From NCBI GenBank assembly GCA_963707985.1, contig CAVPRW010000032.1, positions 64,001 through 128,000 of the forward strand: a stretch of DNA of 64,000 nucleotides. The letters are read 5' to 3'. This document shows, one piece after another, positions 54,051-64,000 of this stretch. This stretch comes from an uncultured Nitrospinota bacterium. Lineage in GTDB: Bacteria; Tectomicrobia; Entotheonellia; J063; CAVPRW01. Made by a program: the position numbers and the translations under genes. The notes below the pieces were generated by a model that made no database searches, was not told where the DNA came from, and saw nothing but the letters and a program-made list of their open reading frames with translations. Every line of letters starts with the position of its first letter. Positions within the stretch are counted from its first letter, which is position 1.

Positions 54051-56366
54051 ATGCGCACCGCCAGCGGCAATACCCTTGTCCATACGGGATCCCACTGGGG
54101 GCTCTACGATGCTGAGGTCGAGCATGGTCGAGTCGTGGGTGTTCGACCTTTCCACAAGGACCCCTCTCCCAGCCACCTCATCGACACCATACCCAGCGCG
54201 GTGCACGCGCCATGCCGGATCGAGAGGCCAATGGTGCGCCAGGGCTGGCTCGCGCATGGCGTACGGAGCAACCGGGCGGGACGTGGCGTCGAACCGTTCG
54301 TCGCGGTGCCATGGGACGAGGCGCTTGATCTGGTGGCTGCAGAGCTTCAACGGGTCAAGGCAGCCTATGGCAATGAGGCGATCTACGCTAGTTCAGGCTG
54401 GGGAAGCGCAGGTGTGTTCCATCATGCGGCAACGCAGTTGTCTCGCTTCATGAACGGCTTCGGAGGCTTCGTCAGGCAGGTCACCAATTATAGCTTCGGC
54501 GCGGCATCGGTGATCGTCCCGCACGTCGTCGGCACCATGGATCCGGTGGGCGGTGCGGTGACCACCTGGCCAACGATCGCCAAACATACGAAATTGATGG
54601 TACTGTTTGGGGGCGTCCCAGCGAAGAACACGCAGGTCAACTCCGGTGGGATCGGCCGCCACGAGACTGGTGATTGGTTGAGGCAAGCGCGGCGGGCTGG
54701 GGTCGCCTTTGTCAATATTAGTCCGCTGCGCGATGATGTATCTGAAACGTTTGGAGCTGAATGGCTACCGCTGCGGCCCAATACCGATGTGGCGCTGATG
54801 CTGGGGCTGGCGCACACGTTGATCGCCAAAAATCTCTATGATCGTATGTTTATACAGACCCATACCGTTGGCTTCGAACCTCTGCACGCCTACGTCATGG
54901 GGGAGACCGATGGCATACCGAAGGATGCGGCCTGGGCCTCCCACATCACCCAGATTCCGGCACAGACGATTGTCACGCTGGCGCGACGGATGGCTGCCGT
55001 GCGGACTATGATCGCCGTGAGTTGGTCCGTCCAGCGCGCCGATCATGGCGAACAACCGTACTGGATGGCCATCGCGCTTGCCGCCCTGCTGGGCCAGATT
55101 GGGCTTCCGGGCGGAGGTTTTGGATTCGGCTATGGCGCGACTGGCGGCATCGGCAGTCCCCACCCTAGGATGCTACTACCACAATTGCCGATCGGTGTCA
55201 ATGCAGTGCAGGCCTATATCCCCACGGCGCGGTTCAGTGATATGATACTGAATCCAGGTGCCACCTTTGATTTTAATGGCCGCCGGCTCACCTATCCAGA
55301 CATCCGGTTGGTTTACTGGTGCGGTGGCAATCCCTTCCACAAGATTCAGGATCTGAACCGCCTCCTGCGTGCCTGGCAAAAGCCTGAAACCATCATCATC
55401 CATGAGCCGTGGTGGACCCCAGCAGCGCGGCGTGCGGATATCGTGCTTCCATGTACGACAACGCTGGAACGCAATGATATCGGCGCGGCACCCCGCGACT
55501 GCTTCTATTTCGCCATGCAAAAAGCCATCGAACCGGTCGGGGAAGCGAAATCCGATTACGACATCTACAGTTTGCTCGCCGAGCGCCTGGGTTTCAGCGC
55601 GTCCTTCACTGAAGGACGGACGGAGCTGGAATGGCTGCGATACCTGTATGACCTCTCCCGTGATCAGGCGGCCAAGCGCGGCGTCGATATGCCGTGTTTC
55701 GCCGCCTTTTGGGAAGCCGGCCATGTCGAGTTGCAGGTGCCAGACAATCCACCGGTGTTATTCGCCGCCTACCGAGATGACCCACGGGCCCACCCGCTCC
55801 GGACGCCATCGGGGCGCATCGAGCTGTTCTCCGAAACCGTCGCTGCTTTTGGGTACGATGATTGTCCGGGGCATCCTGTCTGGTTGGAACCGGCCGAATG
55901 GCTCGGGTCCGAGCGGGCGACGGTCTACCCGCTCCACCTCCTGTCGAATCAGCCCCGATCACGGCTCCACAGCCAGCTCGACTGCGGCGAGGTGAGCCGT
56001 GGCTCGAAAGTCGACAATCGTGAACCTGTGTGGCTCCACCCCGACGATGCGGCCGTCCGCGGCATCGCCCAGGGGGATGTGGTGCGGATATATAACGCCC
56101 GAGGCGCCTGCCTGGCCGGCGCTGTGGTGACTGATGCAATCCGCCCGGGCGTCATCCAGTTGGCGACCGGAGCCTGGTTCGACCCGCTGGACCCGGCAGA
56201 AATCGGCAGCCTGGACAAACATGGCAATCCGAACGTACTCACCCTGGACAAGGGCACCTCGAAGCTAGCACAATGCTCGATTGCTCAAACCGCGCTGGTG
56301 GAAGTCGAACGCTTTGACGGCAAGCCACCGCGGATTACCGCTTTCGAGCCGCCACATAGTGTTTAA
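54051..56366 (+). CDS. Mo-bisPGD oxidoreductase, BisC/TorA-like S/N-oxide reductase
   Basis: GSHWG, PMVRQGWL, NYSFGAA, QRADHGEQ, GGNPFH, RLHSQ, HGNPNVLT; no Tat signal seen. Confidence 0.92.
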   Translation: MRTASGNTLVHTGSHWGLYDAEVEHGRVVGVRPFHKDPSPSHLIDTIPSAVHAPCRIERPMVRQGWLAHGVRSNRAGRGVEPFVAVPWDEALDLVAAELQRVKAAYGNEAIYASSGWGSAGVFHHAATQLSRFMNGFGGFVRQVTNYSFGAASVIVPHVVGTMDPVGGAVTTWPTIAKHTKLMVLFGGVPAKNTQVNSGGIGRHETGDWLRQARRAGVAFVNISPLRDDVSETFGAEWLPLRPNTDVALMLGLAHTLIAKNLYDRMFIQTHTVGFEPLHAYVMGETDGIPKDAAWASHITQIPAQTIVTLARRMAAVRTMIAVSWSVQRADHGEQPYWMAIALAALLGQIGLPGGGFGFGYGATGGIGSPHPRMLLPQLPIGVNAVQAYIPTARFSDMILNPGATFDFNGRRLTYPDIRLVYWCGGNPFHKIQDLNRLLRAWQKPETIIIHEPWWTPAARRADIVLPCTTTLERNDIGAAPRDCFYFAMQKAIEPVGEAKSDYDIYSLLAERLGFSASFTEGRTELEWLRYLYDLSRDQAAKRGVDMPCFAAFWEAGHVELQVPDNPPVLFAAYRDDPRAHPLRTPSGRIELFSETVAAFGYDDCPGHPVWLEPAEWLGSERATVYPLHLLSNQPRSRLHSQLDCGEVSRGSKVDNREPVWLHPDDAAVRGIAQGDVVRIYNARGACLAGAVVTDAIRPGVIQLATGAWFDPLDPAEIGSLDKHGNPNVLTLDKGTSKLAQCSIAQTALVEVERFDGKPPRITAFEPPHSV

Positions 56367-56440
56367 TATTTCTAGAGCGATCCACGTATGTGCCGTGGAT
56401 CTTTATTATGCCGGACCAATGGGCCAACTCCGTATCCTAA

Positions 56441-57868
56441 TCACAGCTCGTAATCGACAAACAACGGATCCTGTGTGACGGCTCGACGGAAACGATCCCA
56501 CGCCGCTTGGCTGATGTTGTCCGGCTTCTTCGTAGGGATGGCATCGCCTCCTGGATCCGCACGTAGGATGCGGCCCTTGGTTTTTTCGCCAAGGGCCTTC
56601 CAGAGCTTCGGAGCAGGCATCTCCCACTTTTTAACCTCGCTGGCGAACTTCTCGTCAGTGGGAATGGCGGCCACCAGATTTTCGCTGGTCATGGCCTCGA
56701 GTCCAGAGCGTAACGTCGCATTGCCGCTACCATGATGCCCGACCTTATAGAAGACGGTACGGGCCAGTAGTTCCTTCGATGATACCTTGCGCCTGTCGTT
56801 GCCTTCTCCGATGGTGAACTCAAGACCCATCCAGGATTGCCAGTTACCAACCTGAGCATCACCGACGAACAGTAAGACCTCCCCGGTCTCGATCAGCTCA
56901 AAAGCCAGCACCAGGCAAGTATTGTTGATCGCATTGTCCACCTGGAGTGCCAGATGTGCTGCCGACTGCAGCCAGTCGTTGTCGATGCGCCGCCAGTCTT
57001 GCGATTGGTAGTGCTCATAAAGCGTTCCCAGCTTCCGACTGAGCGCCATCGCATCGGACTCTGGCCATGTCAGGGCGGCCTCAAACGGACAAAGCCGCTC
57101 AGCCAGCTCCCGTTCCTGCACGCCGAACTCATCCGGCCTGGCCCCGAGCATAACGGCTGACATCCACCCCATCGCCGCTCCATGCTGTGTCGATTCGAAG
57201 GTCTCGGAGCTTGATCCCTGCATGTCGCGGATGGCGTTCAGATCCATGGGAGGACCGAGCACATAGACGCGCACTCCGGGCAACCAGGCGCGCTCCAACA
57301 CCTGACCCGGTTTCAGAAATGGCTGCGAATCGCGTTTCCGCTGGCTGATGAAATCCATCGCCTCGTCGGAGCGTGGGGAAAACTTCGAGGCCCCGAGCAG
57401 CTCGCCGGAAAGACCCTCGAACCCCAGCACGTGCGCCACGGCCATACCGCATTCGCGGTCCACAGCGGCAGGCGCAGCGTACAATCGTTCCACCGCTAAC
57501 CCGAGCGTCTTGGCCATCATCGCTGTCATCTTCTTGTTCTCTTGGGCGATCGTCTGGTCCGGGTCTTCGGTCCATGCAACCCAGATCTCATCGGTATGCA
57601 ATTGGTCAAAGATCGCACGGGCGTGACTAAAGCCGGCGATATGATCCCAGTGCTCATGGGTGGCAACGAGCGCCTGCACCTGCTGGCTTGTTGCCGTCAG
57701 AATGTGCTGCGCGATCTGGCTGATATGGGCTTTTTCGTTCGCGGTACCGACGAAGATGCCGCAGTCGATGAGAATGTGACTCTGAGTGTTTCCTGAGGTA
57801 AACGTGAGCAAGAAGCAATCGCCCAATCCTGGACGGTACATCCGGATGCGGACATGCGGCTTAGGCAT
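56441..57868 (-). CDS. MBL-fold metallo-hydrolase (ComEC/Rec2-like)
   Basis: RMYRPGLGDCFL, LIDCG, THEHWDH, INNTCLVL, GDAQ, KVGHHGS; 8-bp overlap with the upstream stop. Confidence 0.88.
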   Translation of the reverse strand: MPKPHVRIRMYRPGLGDCFLLTFTSGNTQSHILIDCGIFVGTANEKAHISQIAQHILTATSQQVQALVATHEHWDHIAGFSHARAIFDQLHTDEIWVAWTEDPDQTIAQENKKMTAMMAKTLGLAVERLYAAPAAVDRECGMAVAHVLGFEGLSGELLGASKFSPRSDEAMDFISQRKRDSQPFLKPGQVLERAWLPGVRVYVLGPPMDLNAIRDMQGSSSETFESTQHGAAMGWMSAVMLGARPDEFGVQERELAERLCPFEAALTWPESDAMALSRKLGTLYEHYQSQDWRRIDNDWLQSAAHLALQVDNAINNTCLVLAFELIETGEVLLFVGDAQVGNWQSWMGLEFTIGEGNDRRKVSSKELLARTVFYKVGHHGSGNATLRSGLEAMTSENLVAAIPTDEKFASEVKKWEMPAPKLWKALGEKTKGRILRADPGGDAIPTKKPDNISQAAWDRFRRAVTQDPLFVDYEL

Positions 57869-60077
57869 ACGTCCCCTCCTTGGTGGTGGTGCTGTGGATC
57901 ATGGCGAACCGATGGCCCGGGCCAGCAAAGGGGGAGCCGCCAAAGTAGGTGAGAGCCAGGGCGTTCCCTTGGGCGCGAAAATTCTGGACGGCTCGACGCC
58001 GCGGGGCACTATTGATATTCTTGCGTACCGCATACCGGACCTCCGCGGTATCCAGGTCGATGACCAGGGTACATCCACCATCAAAGGGCAGCCGCGTGCC
58101 ATCGACCTGCACCTCACACGTCTGCTGGAGCCACAGGAGGGCCTCGCGGCGAGTCAATCCGCCCGCGACGGAGCGATTGGCGAAGTTTAGAGCCCGGACC
58201 TCAAATCGTGCCTTGCCCCTAGTATGCGAGGTGAAGTCGAGACCAAGCGTACGGGCCAGCGCTTCGCGTTGCGATACGTCCAGCGACGCAAGGACCTCGC
58301 TCCACAGATTGTGTAACAGGGCCCGTTCCTGATGCAGAAGTCGGAAGATCGCTTCCCGCGGTTGCAGTTGCTGAGAGTAGGGAGGTGCCGCCGCTCTCAG
58401 GCATGATCTCATCGACCATCGCTGCGGCTCGGGCAGCTGGAGATAGCGCATCTCTTCCACAGGCCAGGCGACTGGTTCGGAGAGATTGGAGAGGCGACGC
58501 ACGATGTCGCCAACGGCGCGTAGACGTACGAAGGCAACATGGCCGAGAACCCGCAGATCCGTCTCTGGCCCCTTCCAGCGTAGGGCATCCTCGGACATTG
58601 TGCGCACGTCATTCGGGTAGATGCCACGTTGGCGAAACGATTCCATGAGGGCGACGCGGTAGTCGAGCACATCCTCCGGAAACAGGTCGGCATCTGCCGT
58701 TATGGCTGCGCGCAGGAAATCGCCGAAGGTGAGGTCCACTGGCGGACAGTAGTCGATGGCTCGAATGCAGATGTTCAGCATATGGACGGCAGCCTTGCGG
58801 GCCTCGTCGGCGAAGCGGCGAACCAAGTCAGGGTGGAGGTCCCCGGCGTGAAGAATGCCGGTGCCCTCCGAGGCTATCCGCTTCAGGTCCGCAATGCGGC
58901 GCTCATAGATGGACAGAAATGCATCGAAGATAGCACCTACCAGGACCGCGCCGCGCTCATGCTGCTCTGTGGCGCGCGGATAGTCCGTTGGGCTGGGTTT
59001 GGTCCGTTGCCAGTGATCCTGGGCGTCAAAACGGCCAATATAGCTGCGCAGGGCACCATGAAGGCCATAGCCCAAGCCAAATTGCAAAGCCAGCTCGCCA
59101 AGCAGATTGCGGTCGCGCAAATCGCCGCGAACTCGGCCGATTTGGTCCTCGAGGATACCGGGCAGCGTAAAATGCTGGAACAGAGCGATGATGTCGGCAA
59201 AGGCTTCGTGGAAGGCAAGCATGTCAGGGTTGGTAGGCTCTACCAGCCCACGGGCCATGCCGTCCAAGAGGGCATGGGCCGTTTCATGGGCTACGATGTC
59301 GTGTGAAAGACAGGTGAAAACCATTCCTCCAGGTTGGAGGCTGCCTGAATCGAGGGGACGTGCGGGAAAGTAGCCGAACAGTAATGCCTTCTTGAGCGGA
59401 TTATAGTAGGCATTGCGATCGCGCAGAGCATGCGGATAGATGCGTAACTTTGGGACGTATTCCGCGTCGTTCAGGCCGTCGACACGTGGCGACCACAATG
59501 CTTTTCGGCCCAAGGCCTCTTCGAAGGTGTGAATGGTTCGCATGGCGACCGCATACACCATCTGCTGGTGAAACTTCGGGTCGCCCTCCGCTGGAGCCAG
59601 GCCATCGGCGGCAATCAGTGGGGTGTCATTCAGATCGACGGGAGCGTAGAAACAGCCAGTGGCGGGGTCATGGTCCACCACTTCGATGTACTCCCCCGAG
59701 GGGCCAGGACCGACGCCCTCCCAAGGGATCGTCACTACGGTCTGGTTGATGTCGACATTCTCCAGCGCACCAGCAGTGGACGGATCGAAACTGAAAACAC
59801 GCAGACGACGATTGACAGGTTGTGACGGGTGGGCTCTGTCATCACCAGCTCTAGCAGTCCCCCCCGTGGTCGGCTGAGCTATGCCTGGAGCCACGGGCCT
59901 CCGGTCTGAGCGTTGCTCAAGTTCCCGGCGCAAGGTCCTGGACAGGTAGGGTGACGCCAGTGCCGCGTCGCGGAATGCCATCAGTTCTTGCTGCGACGGA
60001 CCTTTTTCAGGATCGGCGATCGTAGCCTCCACGGTGCCATCACGGTGGATCAACTGCGCCAGCTCCAGTTCGAACAT
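57861..60077 (-). CDS. Thermolysin/M4-like gluzincin metallopeptidase domain (probably the C-terminal part of a fusion with the upstream S8)
   Basis: RNAYY, DIVAHETAH (HExxH), FHEAFAD (third ligand), EQHERG. Confidence 0.85.
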   Translation of the reverse strand: MFELELAQLIHRDGTVEATIADPEKGPSQQELMAFRDAALASPYLSRTLRRELEQRSDRRPVAPGIAQPTTGGTARAGDDRAHPSQPVNRRLRVFSFDPSTAGALENVDINQTVVTIPWEGVGPGPSGEYIEVVDHDPATGCFYAPVDLNDTPLIAADGLAPAEGDPKFHQQMVYAVAMRTIHTFEEALGRKALWSPRVDGLNDAEYVPKLRIYPHALRDRNAYYNPLKKALLFGYFPARPLDSGSLQPGGMVFTCLSHDIVAHETAHALLDGMARGLVEPTNPDMLAFHEAFADIIALFQHFTLPGILEDQIGRVRGDLRDRNLLGELALQFGLGYGLHGALRSYIGRFDAQDHWQRTKPSPTDYPRATEQHERGAVLVGAIFDAFLSIYERRIADLKRIASEGTGILHAGDLHPDLVRRFADEARKAAVHMLNICIRAIDYCPPVDLTFGDFLRAAITADADLFPEDVLDYRVALMESFRQRGIYPNDVRTMSEDALRWKGPETDLRVLGHVAFVRLRAVGDIVRRLSNLSEPVAWPVEEMRYLQLPEPQRWSMRSCLRAAAPPYSQQLQPREAIFRLLHQERALLHNLWSEVLASLDVSQREALARTLGLDFTSHTRGKARFEVRALNFANRSVAGGLTRREALLWLQQTCEVQVDGTRLPFDGGCTLVIDLDTAEVRYAVRKNINSAPRRRAVQNFRAQGNALALTYFGGSPFAGPGHRFAMIHSTTTKEGTYA

Positions 60078-61518
60078 GTGATCGAGTGGCGACTCCTCGC
60101 GTCACCACAGTGAAGATGGTTCCGCGCAGCAGCTTCCAGAAGGCGAATGTGGCCGAATCCGCCGCCTGTTTGCGCAGAGCCTGCCGACGGGGGGCGGTTG
60201 GCTCGATGCGAAGCGCGTCGTGTGCTTTGAGGATGCCTCGGCCGAAGTAGGTACGGCTCTCGGGTTTGGACGCATCCGCTGACTCGAACAACGCCTGGCG
60301 GATAATCTCAATTTTCTCCCATCCCTGCCAGTTTGCGACCGCCGCCTTGTGTTGCTGGAGCCACAGGGCTGCTGCTGCTGCGACTTGTGGCGTGGCGGAT
60401 GAGGTTCCTTGCCCGTCCCAGTCGATGACGTCGGGGGCGCCGATCTCAGCCCACGGTATGTTCGGCGTAAAGGCGGCGATGGCAGTGTCCATTTTGCTGT
60501 CCGGTCCATAATTACCGGACATCTGGCCAAACTCCAGCTCGTAAGGTCGGAAATCCGCCATGACGCCACAGGCAGCTAGCACCCGGTGAAAACGTGCTGG
60601 AAAGACGATAGTTTTGGGGCGACCAAAGTTGTTGCCTGCCGCTGTCACCAGGCAGAGACCAGCTTCATAGGCGCGGTTGACCACATCCGCCCAGGCGTCG
60701 GAGGCAACGCCGCCCATACTCATCGACACCACGTCTATAGCGGTGTCCGGGTCACCATGGAGGGAGAGCAGGTATTCCATCGCCTCGGCAAAGGCACTGG
60801 TCGACAGCAGCACCACGGACCTTGCAATGCGGATCGGCACCACCTCGGCTTGCGGGGCTCCACCCAGGTAGATACCGTTGGGAGTCGGTTCCCGCATCTG
60901 CTGCAGCTGCCCCCCGGCCAGAATTGCCATGGTGGCCGTGCCATGGCCTGGATTATTGAGGAATCCAGCAATATCCGGATCGGACGCATCCGTCCGCCCG
61001 TCGCCGGTAAAATTCCGTTCCAGGTTTCGACGCAGATGCTCCGGCATGGAGCGGTGCTGGAAGTCGAACCCCACATCGAGGATGGCAATGCGCACCGGCT
61101 GCGGATTGGAAATTGACGCACGCGCAGCCTCCAACTGGGAATACTTCGCCTTGAGGTGCCAGGCGAAGCCAGGCCCTTGCGGGAAGTCCTGAGATTGGAG
61201 GTCGACACGGCCACGATCCGAGAGTCCTCCAGCAAACAGACCACGCTGACGTCGGGTCGTTGGCATCGGCCAGAGGGTTTCGCAATCGGGCTCTACCGTA
61301 CTGCCGGCGCTCTGGGCGTGCATTTCATAGGCGGCGTCCCAAAGCTGATCGATTGTGGCACGCCCACTGGTTTCGATCCGGTACCACCGTTGGTCTGGTG
61401 CCGCTGCGGCGAACAACGGCTTGACGACTTCAAACGTGTTTCCGGCGGCGCTGAAGGACTTGGGAACCACCGTTGCGACGGCGCGTTTGACGAGTAGACG
61501 CGCGGCTTGCGTTTGCAT
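60040..61518 (-). CDS. Subtilase (S8) serine peptidase domain
   Basis: ILDVG, PGHGTAT, AAGNN, GTSSATPQVAAAAAL: complete catalytic triad. Confidence 0.9.
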   Translation of the reverse strand: MQTQAARLLVKRAVATVVPKSFSAAGNTFEVVKPLFAAAAPDQRWYRIETSGRATIDQLWDAAYEMHAQSAGSTVEPDCETLWPMPTTRRQRGLFAGGLSDRGRVDLQSQDFPQGPGFAWHLKAKYSQLEAARASISNPQPVRIAILDVGFDFQHRSMPEHLRRNLERNFTGDGRTDASDPDIAGFLNNPGHGTATMAILAGGQLQQMREPTPNGIYLGGAPQAEVVPIRIARSVVLLSTSAFAEAMEYLLSLHGDPDTAIDVVSMSMGGVASDAWADVVNRAYEAGLCLVTAAGNNFGRPKTIVFPARFHRVLAACGVMADFRPYELEFGQMSGNYGPDSKMDTAIAAFTPNIPWAEIGAPDVIDWDGQGTSSATPQVAAAAALWLQQHKAAVANWQGWEKIEIIRQALFESADASKPESRTYFGRGILKAHDALRIEPTAPRRQALRKQAADSATFAFWKLLRGTIFTVVTRGVATRSHVRTGAGAVDPP

Positions 61519-61920
61519 CGCGATCCCTCCGCATACGGAGATTGTCCAATTGCTGGCATAAGAGTGCTGTTAATTGTACCGCATTTGGGGTTTCCAGGAG
61601 CCATTGCTTTCGTACGGAGCTTGACGCGACCAAGAGACACCTGGCCCCAGCGGATGGGTCCGTTCGTTGCCAAAGCTCATGGCAAACGACCCTTGTTGCG
61701 CAAAGCGGCGCCATTATGCCCCAGGCACCGGCTCGCTGCAAGCCAGGGCCTAGCCAATAGAGTATAGGCCCTCTGCCATCACCTCGTTTGGACACACCCT
61801 TACTCAAAACGTGTTTCAACAGCCTCAAATTGCGCTACAATAGTGCCAACGTACCGAGGCCACGAGAACTTCGATGAGTGATTCTGGACAGCACCCCAAT
61901 CCTGGAGAGGAGGCCAGACG

Positions 61921-63375
61921 ATGCCGGCGAGGACGGGGAAGGAATACATCGCGGGGCTCCGCGAGCAGGCGGCAGAAGTATACATTCATGGGGAGCAAGT
62001 GAAGGATGTGACTACACATCCGGCCTTACAGAATGGCGTGCGGACGCTCGCCAGTTTGTATGACATGCAGCATGATCCGGTCCTGCGCGATGCCATGACC
62101 TACACATCGCCTACGACCGGTGAGGCCGTTGGACTGTCGTTCATCACGCCTCGAACCATCCAGGACCTGGAGCGGCGACGCACGATGATGGCGCATTGGG
62201 CCAGGTCCAGTTGCGGCATGATGGGCCGGACGCCGGATTTCATGAATGTCAATATGATGGCGATGGCTGCCGCCGGCGACTATTTTGCCCAAAACCGTCC
62301 CGAATTCAAAGACAATATCCAGCGCTATTATGAATACGTCCGCGAACACGACCTCGTTCTCACCCATACCCTGGTCAACCTGCAACGCAATCGCAGTCCC
62401 CTGGCCAGACCACTAGACAATCGAACCGATGTGGCCCTTGCCGTCGTGCGGGAGACCGATGCCGGGATCGTGGTGCGTGGCCCGCGGGTGCTGGCAACCC
62501 TGGGTCCACTGGCGGATGAGATCGCGGTGTATCCGGCCAGGAATCATCAGCTTCCACCGGACGCACAGAGCCGGTATTCCTTTGCCTTCGCCATCCCCTG
62601 TAACACACCGGGTGTGAAGTTGCAGTGCCGGGAGAGCTTCGACCTCGGTCGTTCTCACTTCGACCACCCCCTAGGTTCCCGCTTCGAGGAGATGGATGCG
62701 ATTGTGTTATTCGACGATGTTCTGGTACCCTGGGAACGGGTCTTCCTGCTCGGTGACGTCGACCTGTGCAATCGAACCTCCGAGGAAACCAATCGGAACT
62801 CGCATTCAAGTCACCAGGTGGTGACCAAACAGGTGGTGAAGACCGAGTTCATCCTTGGCCTGGCCAGCCTGATGATTCACACTCTGGGCTCAGGCCAGCT
62901 CACCCAGGTGCAGGAGATGATGGCCGATATCATCGAGCACCTGGAGCTCATGAAGGCCTGTCTACGCGCTGCTGAGGCTGACGCCAAGGTCGACCAGTGG
63001 GGTGTCATGTGTCCTGTTCGGATGCCCCTGATGGCAGCTCGCCGCCTATTCATCCGTATGTACCCCCGGATGGCGGAAATCCTGCATCTCCTGGGCTCTA
63101 GCAGCCTCATGGCGTTGCCGACGGAGGCGGATCTGCATGGCCCATTGGCCCGTGAGCTGCAGAACTACCTGGACACTGATTCGACCTCTGCCGAAGATCG
63201 CGTCAAGCTCTTTCGTCTGGCCTGGGACACCTGCTGTAGCGCCTTTGCCTCCAGGCAGGTGCTGTATGAGCGGTACTTTGGCGGCAATGCCCTGCAAAAC
63301 TCCATCATCATGTACAACCTCTATGACAAGGAGCCCATGACCGATTGGGTGCGGCAGTTCTTGGGGCAGGCGTAA
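61921..63375 (+). CDS. hpaB: 4-hydroxyphenylacetate 3-monooxygenase, oxygenase component
   Basis: RTGKEYI, MMGRTPDF, HTLVN, RFEEMDA..FDDVLVPWERVF, RQVLYERY. Confidence 0.88.
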   Translation: MPARTGKEYIAGLREQAAEVYIHGEQVKDVTTHPALQNGVRTLASLYDMQHDPVLRDAMTYTSPTTGEAVGLSFITPRTIQDLERRRTMMAHWARSSCGMMGRTPDFMNVNMMAMAAAGDYFAQNRPEFKDNIQRYYEYVREHDLVLTHTLVNLQRNRSPLARPLDNRTDVALAVVRETDAGIVVRGPRVLATLGPLADEIAVYPARNHQLPPDAQSRYSFAFAIPCNTPGVKLQCRESFDLGRSHFDHPLGSRFEEMDAIVLFDDVLVPWERVFLLGDVDLCNRTSEETNRNSHSSHQVVTKQVVKTEFILGLASLMIHTLGSGQLTQVQEMMADIIEHLELMKACLRAAEADAKVDQWGVMCPVRMPLMAARRLFIRMYPRMAEILHLLGSSSLMALPTEADLHGPLARELQNYLDTDSTSAEDRVKLFRLAWDTCCSAFASRQVLYERYFGGNALQNSIIMYNLYDKEPMTDWVRQFLGQA

Positions 63376-63542
63376 CGACACGCTGGCCAAGGCAAGACGG
63401 GTGAGGAATTCATCTTGACACGGAGCCCAAATCAGGATACTGAAAATTTACCCTGACGTACCATCCGAGCGATCACATCGAGATCGCCCGGTACCATTGG
63501 TTCTAGCAGCGCCAGAGAACAGGCGACAGGTGAGAGGAGGTC

Positions 63543-64000
63543 ATGCCGATGCCACGCATTAGAATGATCCATCACGTCAACGTCCAGATCAGTAATCGCG
63601 AACGTACGCGGGAATGGTATGAGCAGGTGCTGGGCGCACAGTTTTTGGATCGAGGTCCGGCCCTCAACAAACGGCAGCTACAGTTGCGCATCGGCAGCGG
63701 GGAGATGCACTTCACTGAAACCCCCAATCCGACCACCATCCGCTCCAGCCATTTCGCGGTAGAGGTGAACGACTGGGAGGCGATGCTCGCCCACCTGCAA
63801 GAGCTGGGAATTCCCCATGTGCGAACGTCGGCTGCGAGCACCGGGACCAACATTGGCGGTAATGACCCATACCAGGGCCGGCGTGAGGATAGCGGTGAGT
63901 ACTATACATACATCCACGACCCAGATAATAATATGATCGAACTGGTATATCATCCGCTAGGCCTGGAAGACTCCAAGGGGAACAAAGTCGCCGTCGCGGA
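63543..64000 (+). CDS. VOC family protein (runs off the window end)
   Basis: IHHVNVQI..REWYEQVLG..HFAVEV..YIHDPDNNMIELV. Confidence 0.85.
   Translation, partial: MPMPRIRMIHHVNVQISNRERTREWYEQVLGAQFLDRGPALNKRQLQLRIGSGEMHFTETPNPTTIRSSHFAVEVNDWEAMLAHLQELGIPHVRTSAASTGTNIGGNDPYQGRREDSGEYYTYIHDPDNNMIELVYHPLGLEDSKGNKVAVA

Noticed and set aside
1..64000. CRISPR array, cas genes or rRNA
   Set aside because: No regularly spaced 25-45 bp repeats, Cas motifs or rRNA-like sequence seen.

Overview
GC-rich bacterial window. The IS repertoire and the LLM/VOC-rich metabolism recall Ca. Tectomicrobia/Entotheonella-type genomes, but that is only an impression. Many genes, including essential cysS and lysS, carry single extra bases, so many frameshifts are probably long-read consensus errors. 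Layout: (1) 0.8-11.7 kb, accessory/defence island with an HNH nuclease, a translationally coupled pair (acidic coiled-coil protein + PD-(D/E)xK nuclease), a TIR protein, a TIR-CLec(FGE) gene ending in a DGR-like variable region, an IS4 and an HNH-AP2. (2) 11.8-20.5 kb, MFS/LigB/LLM genes and remnants of an integrative element at tRNA-Gly(GCC). (3) 20.8-31.5 kb, core block with an unannotated UxxC selenoprotein (DsbA-like, with SECIS), HU and a lysS(class I)-folC-comB-cysS-phosphatase-pyrF-purN operon. (4) 33-40 kb, oxoprolinase and neighbours. (5) 40.5-51.3 kb, mobile-element graveyard (IS701, IS1634, IS4/5-like, IS6, IS1, nested group II intron remnants) over decayed conflict genes. (6) 51.7-64 kb, two Mo enzymes, an operon with a probable subtilase-gluzincin double-protease fusion plus a ComEC-like MBL hydrolase (best candidate for an undescribed system), and hpaB. 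Family assignments come from recognising motifs by eye; no database searches were run.
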